From positions 3,471,489-3,535,488 of the forward strand of contig CM121342.1 in assembly GCA_051530055.1 (NCBI GenBank): a DNA stretch of 64,000 bases. The letters run 5' to 3'. The notes beneath the pieces were generated by a model. The model made no database searches. It had not been told where the DNA came from and saw only the letters and a list, made by a program, of their open reading frames with translations. This document shows, piece after piece, positions 37,064-49,534 of this stretch (positions are counted from its first letter, which is position 1; the number at the start of each line of letters is the position of its first letter). The position numbers were made by a program, and so were the translations under genes. This DNA comes from Neoechinorhynchus agilis. Lineage: Eukaryota; Animalia; Acanthocephala.

Positions 37064-38950
37064 ACTCGATGAATCCATTTTGTCGACTATGCAAACTGAA
37101 ACGGAACATTATAAAAACTCGGCTAACTATTGAGGTCCATTATTCTCTCGTCGATGAACTGAAATCTCAATTGTGACTTTAATCGATTTTTGGCCTATTT
37201 CGATGAATCCGTTTTACTCGATGAATCCATTTTGTCGACTATGCAAACTCAAACGGAGCACTATAAAAACTCGTTAACAATTGAGGTCATTTATTCTCTC
37301 AGCGGTGAATTGAAATCTCAATTGTGACTTTAATCGATTTTTGGCTTATTTCGATGAATCCGTTTTGCTCGATGAATCCATTTTGTCGACTATGCGACTT
37401 AAAACGCAACATTATAAAAACTCGGCTCACGATTAAGGTCCATTATTCTCCCAACGGTGAATTTAAATCTCAATTGTGACTTTAATCGATTTTTTGCTTA
37501 TTTCGATGAATCCGTTTTACTCGATGAATCCATTTTGTCGACTATGCAAACTGAGACGGAACATTATAAAAACTCGGCTAACTATTTAGGTCCATTATTC
37601 TCCCAACGGTGAATTTAAATCTCAATTGTGACTTTAATCGATTTTTTGCTTATTTCGATGAATCCGTTTTACTCGATGAATCCATTTTGTCGACAATGCA
37701 AACTGAGACGGAACATTATAAAAACTCGGCTAACTATTTAGGTCCATTATTCTCCCAACGGTGAATTGAAATTTCAATTGTGACTTTAATCGATTTTTTG
37801 CTTATTTCGATGAATCCGTTTTACTCGATGAATCCATTTTGTCGACTATGCAAACTGAGACGGAACATTATAAAAACTCGGCTAACTATTTAGGTCCATT
37901 ATTCTCCCAACGGTGAATTTAAATCTCAATTGTGACTTTAATCGATTTTTTGCTTATTTCGATGAATCCGTTTTACTCGATGAATCCATTTTGTCGACAA
38001 TGCAAACTGAGACGGAACATTATAAAAACTCGGCTAACTATTTAGGTCCATTATTCTCCCAACGGTGAATTTAAATCTCAATTGTGACTTTAATCGATTT
38101 TTTGCTTATTTCGATGAATCCGTTTTACTCGATGAATCCATTTTGTCGACAATGCAAACTGAGACGGAACATTATAAAAACTCGGCTAACTATTTAGGTC
38201 CATTATTCTCCCAACGGTGAATTGAAATTTCAATTGTGACTTTAATCGATTTTTTGCTTATTTCGATGAATCCGTTTTACTCGATGAATCCATTTTGTCG
38301 ACAATGCAACCTAAAACGCAACATTATAAAAACTCGGCTAACTATTGAGGTCCATTATTCTCCCAACGGTGAATTGAAATTTCAATTGTGACTTTAATCG
38401 ATTTTTGGCTTATTTCGATGAATCGGTTTTGCTCGATTAATCCATTTTGTCGACTATGCGACTTAAAACGCAACATTATAAAAACTCGGCTCACGATTAA
38501 GGTCCATTATTCTTTCAACGATGAATTGAAATCTCAATTGTTACTTTAATCGATTTTTTTCTTATTTCGATGAATCCATTTTGCTCGATGAATCCATTTT
38601 GGTCCATTATTCTTTCAACGATGAATTGAAATCTCAATTGTGACTTTAATCGATTTTTGGCTTATTTCGATGAATCCGTTTTACTCGTTGAATCCATTTT
38701 GTCGACTATGCAACCTGAAAAGAAACATTATAGAAACTCGGCTAACTATTGAGGTCCATTATTCTCTCATCGGTGAATTGAAATCTCAATTGTGACTTTA
38801 ATCGATTTTTGGCTTATTTCGATGAAACCGTTTTACTCGTCTAATCCATTTTGTCGACTATGCAACCTGAAACGGAACATTGTAAAAACTCGGCTAACTA
38901 TTGAGGTCCATTATTCTCCGGTCGATGAATTGAAATCTCCATTGTTACTT
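37064..38950. repeat. Tandem array A8: ~12 units of 152 bp
   Basis: CGATGAATCCATTTTGTCGAC occurs at 37522, 37674 and onward. Confidence 0.97.
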
Positions 38951-39433
38951 TATTCAACTTTTGGCGGATTTCTATGACTCTTCAAAAGACAGTGATTTTT
39001 ATGTATCGAAAATTCCAGTGAAACTCACCGATTGGAAAAAGTTGGATGCGAATCGAACGTCCAAATCGACTATACAGGTTTTCTGATTTTCGTTGCCTCC
39101 AGATCTTATACCTAGCAATCATTATTTTTAGATCAAAGGCAAATTGAAGCGAAATTCGGGAGACGGGTGTAGTGCTTGATGTTGACAAAAGTGGATTTGG
39201 GGAGGCTCAACGACTTAAATTTCAATTGAAAAGCAGACTGAATGTTTCTGATGAAATCTTGATCCGTACAGCGCCATTACCGTCCATCAAAAGTTCAACT
39301 TTTAAGTGTCCCCTGCAAACTAAGGATTTTAACCGCTCAAAGTGACATTGAACTGAACTGGCCAATCACATCCACTAATTACAAACCGCAATCTCATGGC
39401 CAGCGATTCGTCCGGAATGGTGTTTTTTGCTGC

Positions 39434-39820
39434 ATGAGCCCGAAATCCGAGTCGAAGGATTTTGAAAAGAAAGGAATGTCAATGAAAGCAAAAGTTATTT
39501 TGCCAAATAAAAATCCCAAACCGCAGATTCCATCGCCCATTGATAAAGATGAGATAAAAACGCCCGAAAATAATAAATACGAAGATATCGGCTCGAAAAT
39601 TAATCTACCTGAAATAAAAAAGCAAATTGAATTGCTTGATGTTGACAAAAGTGGATTTGGGGAGGCTGAACGACTTAAATTTCAATTGAAAAGCAGACTG
39701 AATGTTTCTGATGAAATCTTGGACGCTGTTCTTTACAACATTGGAATCGACGAAGACGGTCATGTTGATCTTTTTCGTTTCGCTGATGAGCTTGCAAAAA
39801 CGCTTAAATTAACAATATAA
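39434..39820 (+). CDS. EF-hand (calmodulin/centrin C-lobe-like) protein
   Basis: Two EF-like loops, LDVDKSGFGEAERL and IGIDEDGHVDLFRF. A ~90-bp duplicate of the region lies at 39173-39262. Confidence 0.65.
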   Translation: MSPKSESKDFEKKGMSMKAKVILPNKNPKPQIPSPIDKDEIKTPENNKYEDIGSKINLPEIKKQIELLDVDKSGFGEAERLKFQLKSRLNVSDEILDAVLYNIGIDEDGHVDLFRFADELAKTLKLTI

Positions 39821-39865
39821 CTAAATAAAGCCATCTAAGTTTCAATTTATTTCAATCTTTCCGTT

Positions 39866-40303
39866 CTAAAAAAATGGATATTTCCAAGGATTGCTTTCCT
39901 TTTCTTTTGAATTTTTCTTGGCGATCTTCTCTTTCCTTGACTTAAAAACTCGCTGGTAACATTTTGCATTCGCAGCTATCACAGTAACATCGTTCCGCGC
40001 GGAAAGTGTTATTCCATTCCGTAACCGAAAATCCTTAAGGATTAACGTAAAAATATTGTCGTAGAGCCGAAATGCTCGTAGTGTTCCAAAGCATTTAGTT
40101 TTTTTAGCTTGCCGAAATAACCACGAATTCAACATGACACCGTCGAATATCTTCATAATTTCTTCTTCTATATCATTGGGAATATCTCCACAGTGAACTA
40201 AATGGCCGATGGTATCCTGAAGTGTTTTTCCGATCGTAGTTTTTCGATAAATTCTATGGTGGTTATAGGAATCCAAAATAGTTAGGTCGCTCGGATCTTC
40301 CAT
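39866..40303 (-). CDS. Divergent TFIIA gamma (small subunit)-like protein, intronless
   Basis: IYRKTTIGKTLQDTI..L...FD...FGTLRAFRLYDNIFTLILKD aligns to TFIIA-gamma LYRNTTLGNSLQESL...FD...[21 protein letters not shown]. Confidence 0.85.
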   Translation of the reverse strand: MEDPSDLTILDSYNHHRIYRKTTIGKTLQDTIGHLVHCGDIPNDIEEEIMKIFDGVMLNSWLFRQAKKTKCFGTLRAFRLYDNIFTLILKDFRLRNGITLSARNDVTVIAANAKCYQRVFKSRKEKIAKKNSKEKESNPWKYPFF

Positions 40304-42000
40304 GTTGACTTTTGGAAACTTGGGTTTCCAATGAAGTGTTCGCGACGATTTTTTAAAACCAAGGATTTCGGTCTCGAGTCGTAATCACGAACGTTAGACT
40401 TTGCTCAGTGAATATTAAGCCGAAAACAAGGTTTGTATGTTTCAAAACATTTGAAACTTCGCTTATTGAAAAAAAACATCGGTCCTCGTGAAACTGGCAA
40501 AAGAAATATAGTTTCTTATGTAACATCTCAGAGGGATGGATCATGGACGAAAAATGTTTTAAAGTCGACTGAAAGCTAAAAAATTGGCAAGTATTGGCCA
40601 CAAAAAGCACGACATGATTGTTCCTGTTTAACTCCGGAACTCGAGCCACCTAAAGATCATTAAAGGCAAACTTTTGCTTTGTTTCCTTCCATCGTATTGA
40701 CCCTTTTAATGTGTATCGATTATTTTATAAGTCGATATTTGTTCCTCGGTCTTATCAATCAAATTGAATGGGTGATTTGGTGTTGACGATTTAGAATCGC
40801 TGCAGTCGTATCGATACGCCGTAAAGCGTTATTGCGTTCACGAAGATAGGTCTTTGGCCAGTGTAATTTTCGTTTAAAGATACCCGTGAGAGTCGGGATC
40901 CTTTCGAATTTCTAAGTGTTCTCCGTAAAAGATTGGAGCAAAAATACTTAACCTGAATTCATCAGATTGGATAAGTTTTCGATCGGTCGATTGAGCCGAA
41001 TATACGGCTCTTTCCTGGGGGGCTTTCGTATTGTCCAGTCCCCTTCTTTTTTAACGTGTCCTTTATATTCCCGATTTTCAGCTTTCTCTTAAGACCAACA
41101 TTGCAGATTTTGATAGCTCGCCGGACCAAATAACAATTTATCTAACAACGACCAGAATAACGATTTGATCATCAAAATGGTTTATAATGAAAGTAATCGT
41201 GAGTTTGATGTCCTTTCTCTATAGAAAAATTCTAACAGAGATTTGGATGTATTCTAAAATATACAAGGAATTAAAATTGAAAGCTATACAGAAAAGGGAT
41301 TTATTTGATTGGATGGTGGTGAAAAAAAGAATTATCAGTCTCGAATCTTGACGTTTTGTAGTCAGTCATTAGACTATTGACTATGAAATATGGAGAAAAG
41401 ATTATCGTGAGCTCAGATGAACAATTATTTGAAATAAATGGGAAGAGTGAGGCCAAAGATTAAGAAAGGAAATGACTAAGGCGTTAAATCAAACAAAAAT
41501 CTTGATTTTTCTTCGAAGGAAAATGTGAATCGGACTGGATACTAAAAGGTTAGGAAATTGAATGACAAAATTCGCGAAATCGAATCGAATAAAGTTTAAA
41601 ATATAATGCAATCAACGATATGGAAGTTGAATGTGAATGAAACTAAAATTTTTCGACCATTTGATTTTGTTAGTTTGCGTTATTAATAAAATTAAGAAGC
41701 GAGATCAGCGATCAATACAAAAGAGTCCATTTAATTTGTGCTCTAAACGTGAAATAAGTACATTGATCAAATTATTATGAAACCTCATAAACTTTGGCAG
41801 TTTTGTTATAATCAAATGATAGATTCCTCATTACCAATCATTAGGCTTGAAAACATAAATGTTTTGGTGAAAATATTTTAAACAACAAATTGCTTAAAAC
41901 GAGTTGTTTGAAAACATTGGGGGTATATAAGGAGGCTCGTGATTGCTCAAAGTTCAAATCTCCATCTCCTCTCAACTACGAATCAATCTCTCAGTCTTCA

Positions 42001-42890
42001 ATGCGATCCGCAATTGTCTTTGGTTTGATATTTGCACTTGGCTTCGTTGCCGTGTCCGCCAATCACCGGAGAATGAGGACGTCAGTCGGCGAATCGGAGA
42101 AGAGAATATCAGAAAACGCTAAACGAACTTCCAATGAGGACTCTGCAGAGACAACAGCAGTACAAAATGAAGTGAGAAATCAAAGAAGAAATACGGAAAA
42201 GATGGAAGGTGATGGAATGGATGAACAAAAGACATCGGAGGAATCGATCAGCGGTGATGATACTTCCAATAAGGACTCTGCAGAGACAACAGCAGTACAA
42301 AATGAAGTGAGAAATCAAAGAAGAAATACGGAAAAGATGGAAGGTGATGGAATGGATGAACAAAAGACATCGGAGGAATCGATCAGCGGTGATGATACTT
42401 CCAATGGGGACTCTACAGGGATAACAGAAGGAGAAAATGGATTGGGAAATGGAGGAATAATGGAAAGAAGGGTGGTAAGGGAATGGGTAACACGACATCG
42501 GAGGAATCGAGCAGCGGTGATGATACTTCCAATGAGGACTCTACAGGGATAACAGAAGGACAAAATGAAGTGAGAAATCAAAGAAGAAATACGGAAAAGA
42601 TGGAAGGTGATTCAATGGATAAACAAAAGACATCGAGGAATCGAGCAGCGGTGATGATACTTCCAATGAGGACTCTACAGAGACAACAGAAGGAGAAAAT
42701 GGATTGGGAAATGGAGGAAGAAATAATGGAAAGAAGGGAAGTGGGGGAAAGGATAAACAAAAGACACCCAAGGAATCGAGCAGCGGTGATGATACTTCCA
42801 ATGAGGACTCTACAGGGATAACAGAAGGACAAAATGAAGTGAGAAATCGAAGAAGAAATACGGAAAAGATAAAATGGCGGTGGTGATTTA
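42001..42890 (+). CDS. Secreted acidic S/D/E/T-rich tandem-repeat protein (38-aa modules); frameshifts after ~42480
   Basis: Signal peptide MRSAIVFGLIFALGFVAVSA and repeated SNEDS..T....NEVRNQRRNTEKMEGDGMDEQKTS. A TATA-like GTATATAAGG lies at about 41923. Confidence 0.7.
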
Positions 42891-43657
42891 CAAAATGATT
42901 TATCATCTTTAGAATATTAGATAGCCGGTGAGACGGTCTCTCATTGAGATTGTTTCCCGAATAAACACTTCTGCATTATGTTTTTTTTGTGCTCGGCTGG
43001 AGTACGACGATTCCATTTGGGTGATTGATTGCTGACGTTCGATTATTGCTTTTGGTACATGAATAGAGAATATTGAGGAGATTTATAAGTTTATTTTTGT
43101 TTCATGATCAAAGGGTTCAAAATCTCAAAAAACATTAAAGTCCGTTGACCATTTTAATACCATGATGATATTCGTTAGGAATGATTACGATCCTCCATTG
43201 GAAATGGCCGGAAATGTTTCTTAACCAAAGAACAATTTTGAAGTTTATCCTTTAGACGATTTCATATTTAAGAAGTCGATGAAAGCCGTAGATGATTCCC
43301 ATATTTCAAAGTCAATATTTGTTTAGAATTGATTCTTCATCTGCATAAATCAGACTTTAAGCAAAAATCATTTGAATCGTAGTTCGATAGAAGAATGTGA
43401 CGTCATACTTTTTTGCGCTAATATTCGAATGACCGCAATTTTTTGAAAGAATTCGATGCGTTTTCATTAATTATTTAGTCTAATAAATTCGATCGAGTTA
43501 TTCAATTTCTTCGAGATTTCGAGGCCTCAGCCTCCTTATCAAGCATTGTTTGTTAGTTTATTTTTTAAAGAAAATCAAATATTCTTGAAGACGAAGAGGA
43601 GTGGTGTCGTGAGTGTATAAAGAAAAAGATTGAATTTTTAGATAGGCTGAGCAGTTG

Positions 43658-44524
43658 ATGGAACGGCAGAATGAATCGGACACAAGTGAAATTCCATTAT
43701 TGATGGATCCCTATTCATACTGCCAATCCGAATTCTTAAAAACTGAATCGGAATTTAATCCGTTTGATCAAATAAAGATCGAAGAACCCATTTTTACGGC
43801 TTCTTCAATAATCGAATTGGAACAAGGAAGCTTTAATGCGAGGAATAATGCGCCGTCGATTCCAACACCCAGTCCTTCAGACGAACAACCGAAAGACCAA
43901 GAACGCTTCCATATCTTCATTGAAAATGTAATGGTTAGTTTTTCGGTTGGACGGTCGGTCGACGTCGACCTGATAGCGAAAACTTTGGATTTTTCAACTT
44001 GTGAACTTGACGTTAACGGTGTTCATCACGGTGTCGTGAATTTCGTTGATCCAATGGGACAAATACACATTTATCCGTCAGGACGCGCTCTCTTGTGCAA
44101 CTCCAAAAGTCGAAGACGGGCTTATATGGTCACTGAATGTTTTGTAAATATGCTAAAACGGAAGCTTTACTCAGATATTTCGGAGATTTTTGAATATAAA
44201 GTGATTAATGTATACGGACGATGTCAACTCTCTTTTCGTATAAAACTTAAAAAATTGTTCAAAGAGATTGAAAAACTGAAAAAGACAAGCAACGATCGAG
44301 CATTAACCGACTGCATCTATACTCCTTTAGTCGAAAAACGTTTGGATATTCTTGTTGGACCTTACGATACCGTAATATCTGTCTATTCTGACGGAAACCT
44401 CGTCCTGAAATCCAATTGTGCCGTGAAGATTGGAGAAGCAGCGCAAGCCGCATATCCGTTTTTAAAGAGAGCCGAAGGTGCCAAAAGGAAATCGAGAATG
44501 AATCGAATTAACCAATGTTCTTAA
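43658..44524 (+). CDS. Divergent TBP-family protein (TLF/TRF2-like)
   Basis: Two TBP half-repeats: IENVMVSF...VDVDLIA...IHIYPSGR and YKVINVYGRCQLSFRIKLKKL...YTP...ISVYSDGNLVL...AYPFL. Confidence 0.85.
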   Translation: MERQNESDTSEIPLLMDPYSYCQSEFLKTESEFNPFDQIKIEEPIFTASSIIELEQGSFNARNNAPSIPTPSPSDEQPKDQERFHIFIENVMVSFSVGRSVDVDLIAKTLDFSTCELDVNGVHHGVVNFVDPMGQIHIYPSGRALLCNSKSRRRAYMVTECFVNMLKRKLYSDISEIFEYKVINVYGRCQLSFRIKLKKLFKEIEKLKKTSNDRALTDCIYTPLVEKRLDILVGPYDTVISVYSDGNLVLKSNCAVKIGEAAQAAYPFLKRAEGAKRKSRMNRINQCS

Positions 44525-44640
44525 CCGATTTTAGGGTTTTTTTACGATTATGAAAATAAAGAATTTCTAGGCAGTGTCGCTCACACACGAAAGCAATGAT
44601 TTTGTTATTAAATGGTGTGAAGAATCCTCTCTTTTTAATT

Positions 44641-47600
44641 ATAGACGAGTTTTTGTGCATGCGAAAATAGCACGTTCGTCGGACGGTTCTCATATTCTCA
44701 TTTCTCCATGAGTTCCGGTGACGTCATCAAGGCCTTATTCGACGCAAAAATCGGCGTTTCGCCGTTAATATTTAATACGTCACGAACACGAATTCTTTTA
44801 TGAACAAGTTTTCGTGCATGCGAAAATAGCACGTTCGTCGGACGATTTTCCGATTCGCATTTCTCCATGAGTTCCGGTGACGTCATCAAGGCCTTATTCG
44901 ACGCAAAAATCGGCTTTTCGCCGTGATTCAAAAATACGTCACGAACACGAATTCTTTTATGAACAAGTTTTCGTGCATGCGAAAATAACACGTTCGTCGG
45001 ACGATTTTCCGATTCGCATTTCTCCATGAGTTCCGGTGACGTCGTCAAGGCCTTATTCGACGCAAAAATCGGCGTTTCGCTGTTAATATTTAATACGTCA
45101 CCAACACGAATTCTTTTATGAACAAGTTTTCGTGCATGCGAAAATAACACGTTCGTCGGACGATTTTCCGATTCGCATTTCTCCATGAGTTCCGGTGACG
45201 TCGTCAAGGCCTTATTCGACGCAAAAATCGGCGTTTCGCTGTGAATCAAAAATACGTCACGAACACGAATTCTTTTATGAACAAGTTTTCGTGCATGCGA
45301 AAATAGCACGTTCGTCGGACGATTTTCCGATTCGCATTTCTCCATGAGTTCCGGTGACGTCGTCAAGGCCTTATTCGACGCAAAAATCGGCGTTTCGCTG
45401 TTAATATTTAATACGTCACCAACACGAATTCTTTTATGAACAAGTTTTCGTGCATGCGAAAATAACACGTTCGTCGGACGATTTTCGGATTCGCATTTCT
45501 CCATGAGTTCCGGTGACGTCGTCAAGGCCTTATTCGACGCAAAAATCGGCTTTTCGCCGTGATTCAAAAATACGTCACGAACACGAATTCTTTTATGAAC
45601 AAGTTTTCGTGCATGCGAAAATAACACGTTCGTCGGACGATTTTCCGATTCGCATTTCTCCATGAGTTCCGGTGACGTCGTCAAGGCCTTATTCGACGCA
45701 AAAATCGGCGTTTCGCTGTTAATCTAAAATACGTCACGAACACGAATTCTTTTATGAACGAGTTTTCGTGCATGCGAAAATAGCACGTTCGTCGGACGTT
45801 TCGCCGATTCGCATTTCTCCATGAGTTCCGGTGACGTCGTCAAGGCCTTATTCGACGCAAAAATCGGCGTTTCGCTGTTAATATTTAATACGTCACCAAC
45901 ACGAATTCTTTTATGAACAAGTTTTCGTGCATGCGAAAATAACACGTTCGTCGGACGATTTTCCGATTCGCATTTCTCCATGAGTTCCGGTGACGTCGTC
46001 AAGGCCTTATTCGACGCAAAAATCGGCGTTTCGCTGTTAATATTTAATACGTCACCAACACGAATTCTTTTATGAACAAGTTTTCGTGCATGCGAAAATA
46101 ACACGTTCGTCGGACGATTTTCCGATTCGCATTTCTCCATGAGTTCCGGTGACGTCGTCAAGGCCTTATTCGACGCAAAAATCGGCGTTTCGCTGTTAAT
46201 ATTTAATACGTCACCAACACGAATTCTTTTATGAACAAGTTTTCGTGCATGCGAAAATAACACGTTCGTCGGACGATTTTCCGATTCGCATTTCTCCATG
46301 AGTTCCGGTGACGTCGTCAAGGCCTTATTCGACGCAAAAATCGGCGTTTCGCCGTGAATCAAAAATACGTCACGAACACGAATTCTTTTATGAACAAGTT
46401 TTCGTGCATGCGAAAATAGCACGTTCGTCGGACGATTTTCCGATTCGCATTTCTCCATGAGTTCCGGTGACGTCGTCAAGGCCTTATTCGACGCAAAAAT
46501 CGGCGTTTCGCCGTGAATCAAAAATACGTCACGAACACGAATTCTTTTATAGACAAGTTTTTCGTGCATGCGAAAATAGCACGTTCGTCGGACGATTTTC
46601 CGATTCGCATTTCTCCATGAGTTCCGGTGACGTCGTCAAGGCCTTATTCGACGCAAAAATCGGCGTTTCGCTGATATTCAAAATACGTCACGAACACGAA
46701 TTCTTTTATGAACAAGTTTTGTGCATGCGAAAATAACACGTTCGTCGGACGATTTTCCGATTCGCATTTCTCCATGAGTTCCGGTGACGTCGTCAAGGCC
46801 TTATTCGACGCAAAAATCGGCGTTTCGCCGTGATTCAAAAATACGTCACGAACACGAATTCTTTTATGAACAAGTTTTCGTGCATGCGAAAATAACACGT
46901 TCGTCGGACGATTTTCCGATTCGCATTTCTCCATGAGTTCCGGTGACGTCGTCAAGGCCTTATTCGACGCAAAAATCGGCGTTTCGCCGTGATTCAAAAA
47001 TACGTCACGAACACGAATTCTTTTATGAACAAGTTTTCGTGCATGCGAAAATAACACGTTCGTCGGACGATTTTCCGATTCGCATTTCTCCATGAGTTCC
47101 GGTGACGTCGTCAAGGCCTTATTCGACGCAAAAATCGGCGTTTCGCTGTGATTCAAAAATACGTCACGAACACGAATTCTTTTATGAACAAGTTTTCGTG
47201 CATGCGAAAATAGCACGTTCGTCGGACGTTTCGCCGATTCGCATTTCTCCATGAGTTCCGGTGACGTCGTCAAGGCCTTATTCGACGCAAAAATCGGCGT
47301 TTCGCTGTTAATATTTAATACGTCACCAACACGAATTCTTTTATGAACAAGTTTTCGTGCATGCGAAAATAACACGTTCGTCGGACGATTTTCCGATTCG
47401 CATTTCTCCATGAGTTCCGGTGACGTCGTCAAGGCCTTATTCGACGCAAAAATCGGCGTTTCGCCGTTAATATTAAATACGTCACGAACACGAATTCTTT
47501 TATGAACAAGTTTTCGTGCATGCGAAAATAACACGTTCGTCGGACGATTTTCCGATTCGCATTTCTCCATGAGTTCCGGTGACGTCGTCAAGGCCTTATT

Positions 47601-47925
47601 CGACGCAAAAATCGGCTTTTCGCCGTGATTCAAAAATACGTCACGAACACGAATTCTTTTATGAACAAGTTTTCGTGCATGCGAAAATAACACGTTCGTC
47701 GGACGATTTTCCGATTCGCATTTCTCCATGAGTTTCCGTGACGTCGTCAAGGCCTTATTCGACGCAAAAATCGGCGATTCGCTGTGATTCAAAAATACGT
47801 CACGAACACGAATTCTTTTATAGACGAGTTTTGTGCGGTGCATGCGAAAATAGCACGTTCGTCGCACGTTTCGCCGATTCGCGTTGCTCCATGAGTTCTC
47901 ATGACGTGGTTAAGGCCGTTTTCGA
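44641..47925. repeat. Tandem array A9: ~20 units of 162 bp, between the TBP-like gene and TSR2
   Basis: CTCCATGAGTTCCGGTGACGTCGTCAAGGCC recurs every 162 bp. Confidence 0.98.
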
Positions 47926-48430
47926 AAGGTGGACGGATTTGCAACTAGCTATTGAACATAACATGTGCGACGCGGCGGATCCGGTTGGTTTGTATGAAAT
48001 GTTCATCGACGAAACCGTTGTCATTGCTGATAGTAGACATGCGACCGTGTCCTTGGTGGTGGTGGTTCGTGCCATGGTCGCTTGAAGTGTTTCGTCGCCC
48101 GTAGATTTAGCAGAATTTCTAAAGACGAAGATGTGCGACGCATTCAATGTCATCTCCGAGGAGGAAACAATCATGTCAGTCGCGTGTACGGTCGCTGCGA
48201 TCTTAGCCGATAACGATCGACAGGAGGCGCTTAATGATTATTGTGGGAAAATCAAACGAGCCGGTGGTGTAGCTCAAAGTCGAAGAGATGAAGTGGACGA
48301 AAGCGAAGACGAGGAAGAGAGTGAGGGGGAGGAAGATAAAAAGAAAGATAATAAAAAGAAAGAACTGGACATTGATGAAGACGGTTTTATTCTACCCTCC
48401 GGAAAACAACAGTGGAAATTTCGACTGTAA
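47891..48430 (+). CDS. TSR2: Pre-rRNA-processing protein TSR2 homolog
   Basis: VKAVFERWTDLQLAIEHN, LAEFL...DAFNVISEE, acidic tail and EDGF. An in-frame TGA at 48083-85 requires a 3n intron (e.g. 48033-48104). Confidence 0.8.
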
Positions 48431-49534
48431 TCTGTAGTAAACATTTCTCCGTGTTTTGTTTAATTAATGAACGTTACTTGTGGTATTATTGGAAATTTTA
48501 AGTTGGATTCGAATTGAATTTTGAGAAACGTTTCGTTTTAAGCGCTTTTGTAAATCACTAGGCAGTTTTGATGGTTTAAGATCCGTTAAATTTTCGCAAT
48601 ATTTAATTTGTTAATCATCAGGATAGACAATCCTCCTGGATGATTGAGTTGAAGATGTGGTGTAATCATTATCCCCAGGATTGAAAAATGTTTTCTTGAG
48701 ATGTGTACATCCCATCGCTGCGGTTGCGAAGTGACCGTTGAGCCATCGGGACGCCATGGTTTCGTCGGTCGACAATCAGGCGGAAGGTGGTATATGCCTA
48801 AATGGAGGATATTCTTAGTAATGCGCGAAATACTGTGAACCAACATTCTAAAACCGAGCAATCTTTGCCGACTCGATGACTGCCGTAGACCGAACGGTGT
48901 CGCAGCCAGCAACTTATAATTCCAGGGCATGTTTTCGCAATCTGTTATTGCGGCGGAGGGTTGCTAACGACCACTCATTTCTCAACCTTATTATTTCGAT
49001 CCGACTCCTGTCTCATTTGACAAGATGCAACCCAATTCAAATGACGATTGTTGCTGCATGGATCGTCTTACCAAAAGATGGGCAAATGTGGCCTTTATCG
49101 ATTCAAAACCCATTCCGCCGCGAGAAAGCTTGCACTTGCGAGTGCTATCGCCATGGCTAATAACAATCAAAGACGATCGTGAGCGAGTTCGGTCGATTCC
49201 ATACTATAGCGGAAAGCTTAAAATACACTTTGTCGACAAAAATTATCTTGAACAGTTTAAGGAGTTCGTCGTCAAGAACTGCGACATGACAGGAATCTCT
49301 CTATCGATTGGAGATTATGATTCGACGTTCATTGTCTCAGGATTGTCTCCTCATGTCGATACAACTGATCGTAAAGAGTTCGAAAACAAATTTAACTGTC
49401 AATTTTTTTCTGAAGTCGAGCAAAACGAACGCTCCGATTCCACGGGCGGTAGTAAAGGCTCCTGCCCACATCAGGGACGATCTCACCAATAAAAGTTTTT
49501 TTTTCAGGCAATGCATATAAAGTTTATAGCGAAT

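Noticed and set aside
40760-41110. Exon-like open frames upstream of the TFIIA-gamma-like gene
   Set aside because: Splice phases did not reconcile and no family was recognised.
44698-47867. Long minus-strand ORFs (328, 281 and 407 aa) of 54-aa repeats
   Set aside because: A 162-bp unit that happens to be stop-free in one frame gives these automatically. The frame is broken by indels and by a TGA at the unique-sequence junction, and the plus strand has the meaningful TSR2 homology.
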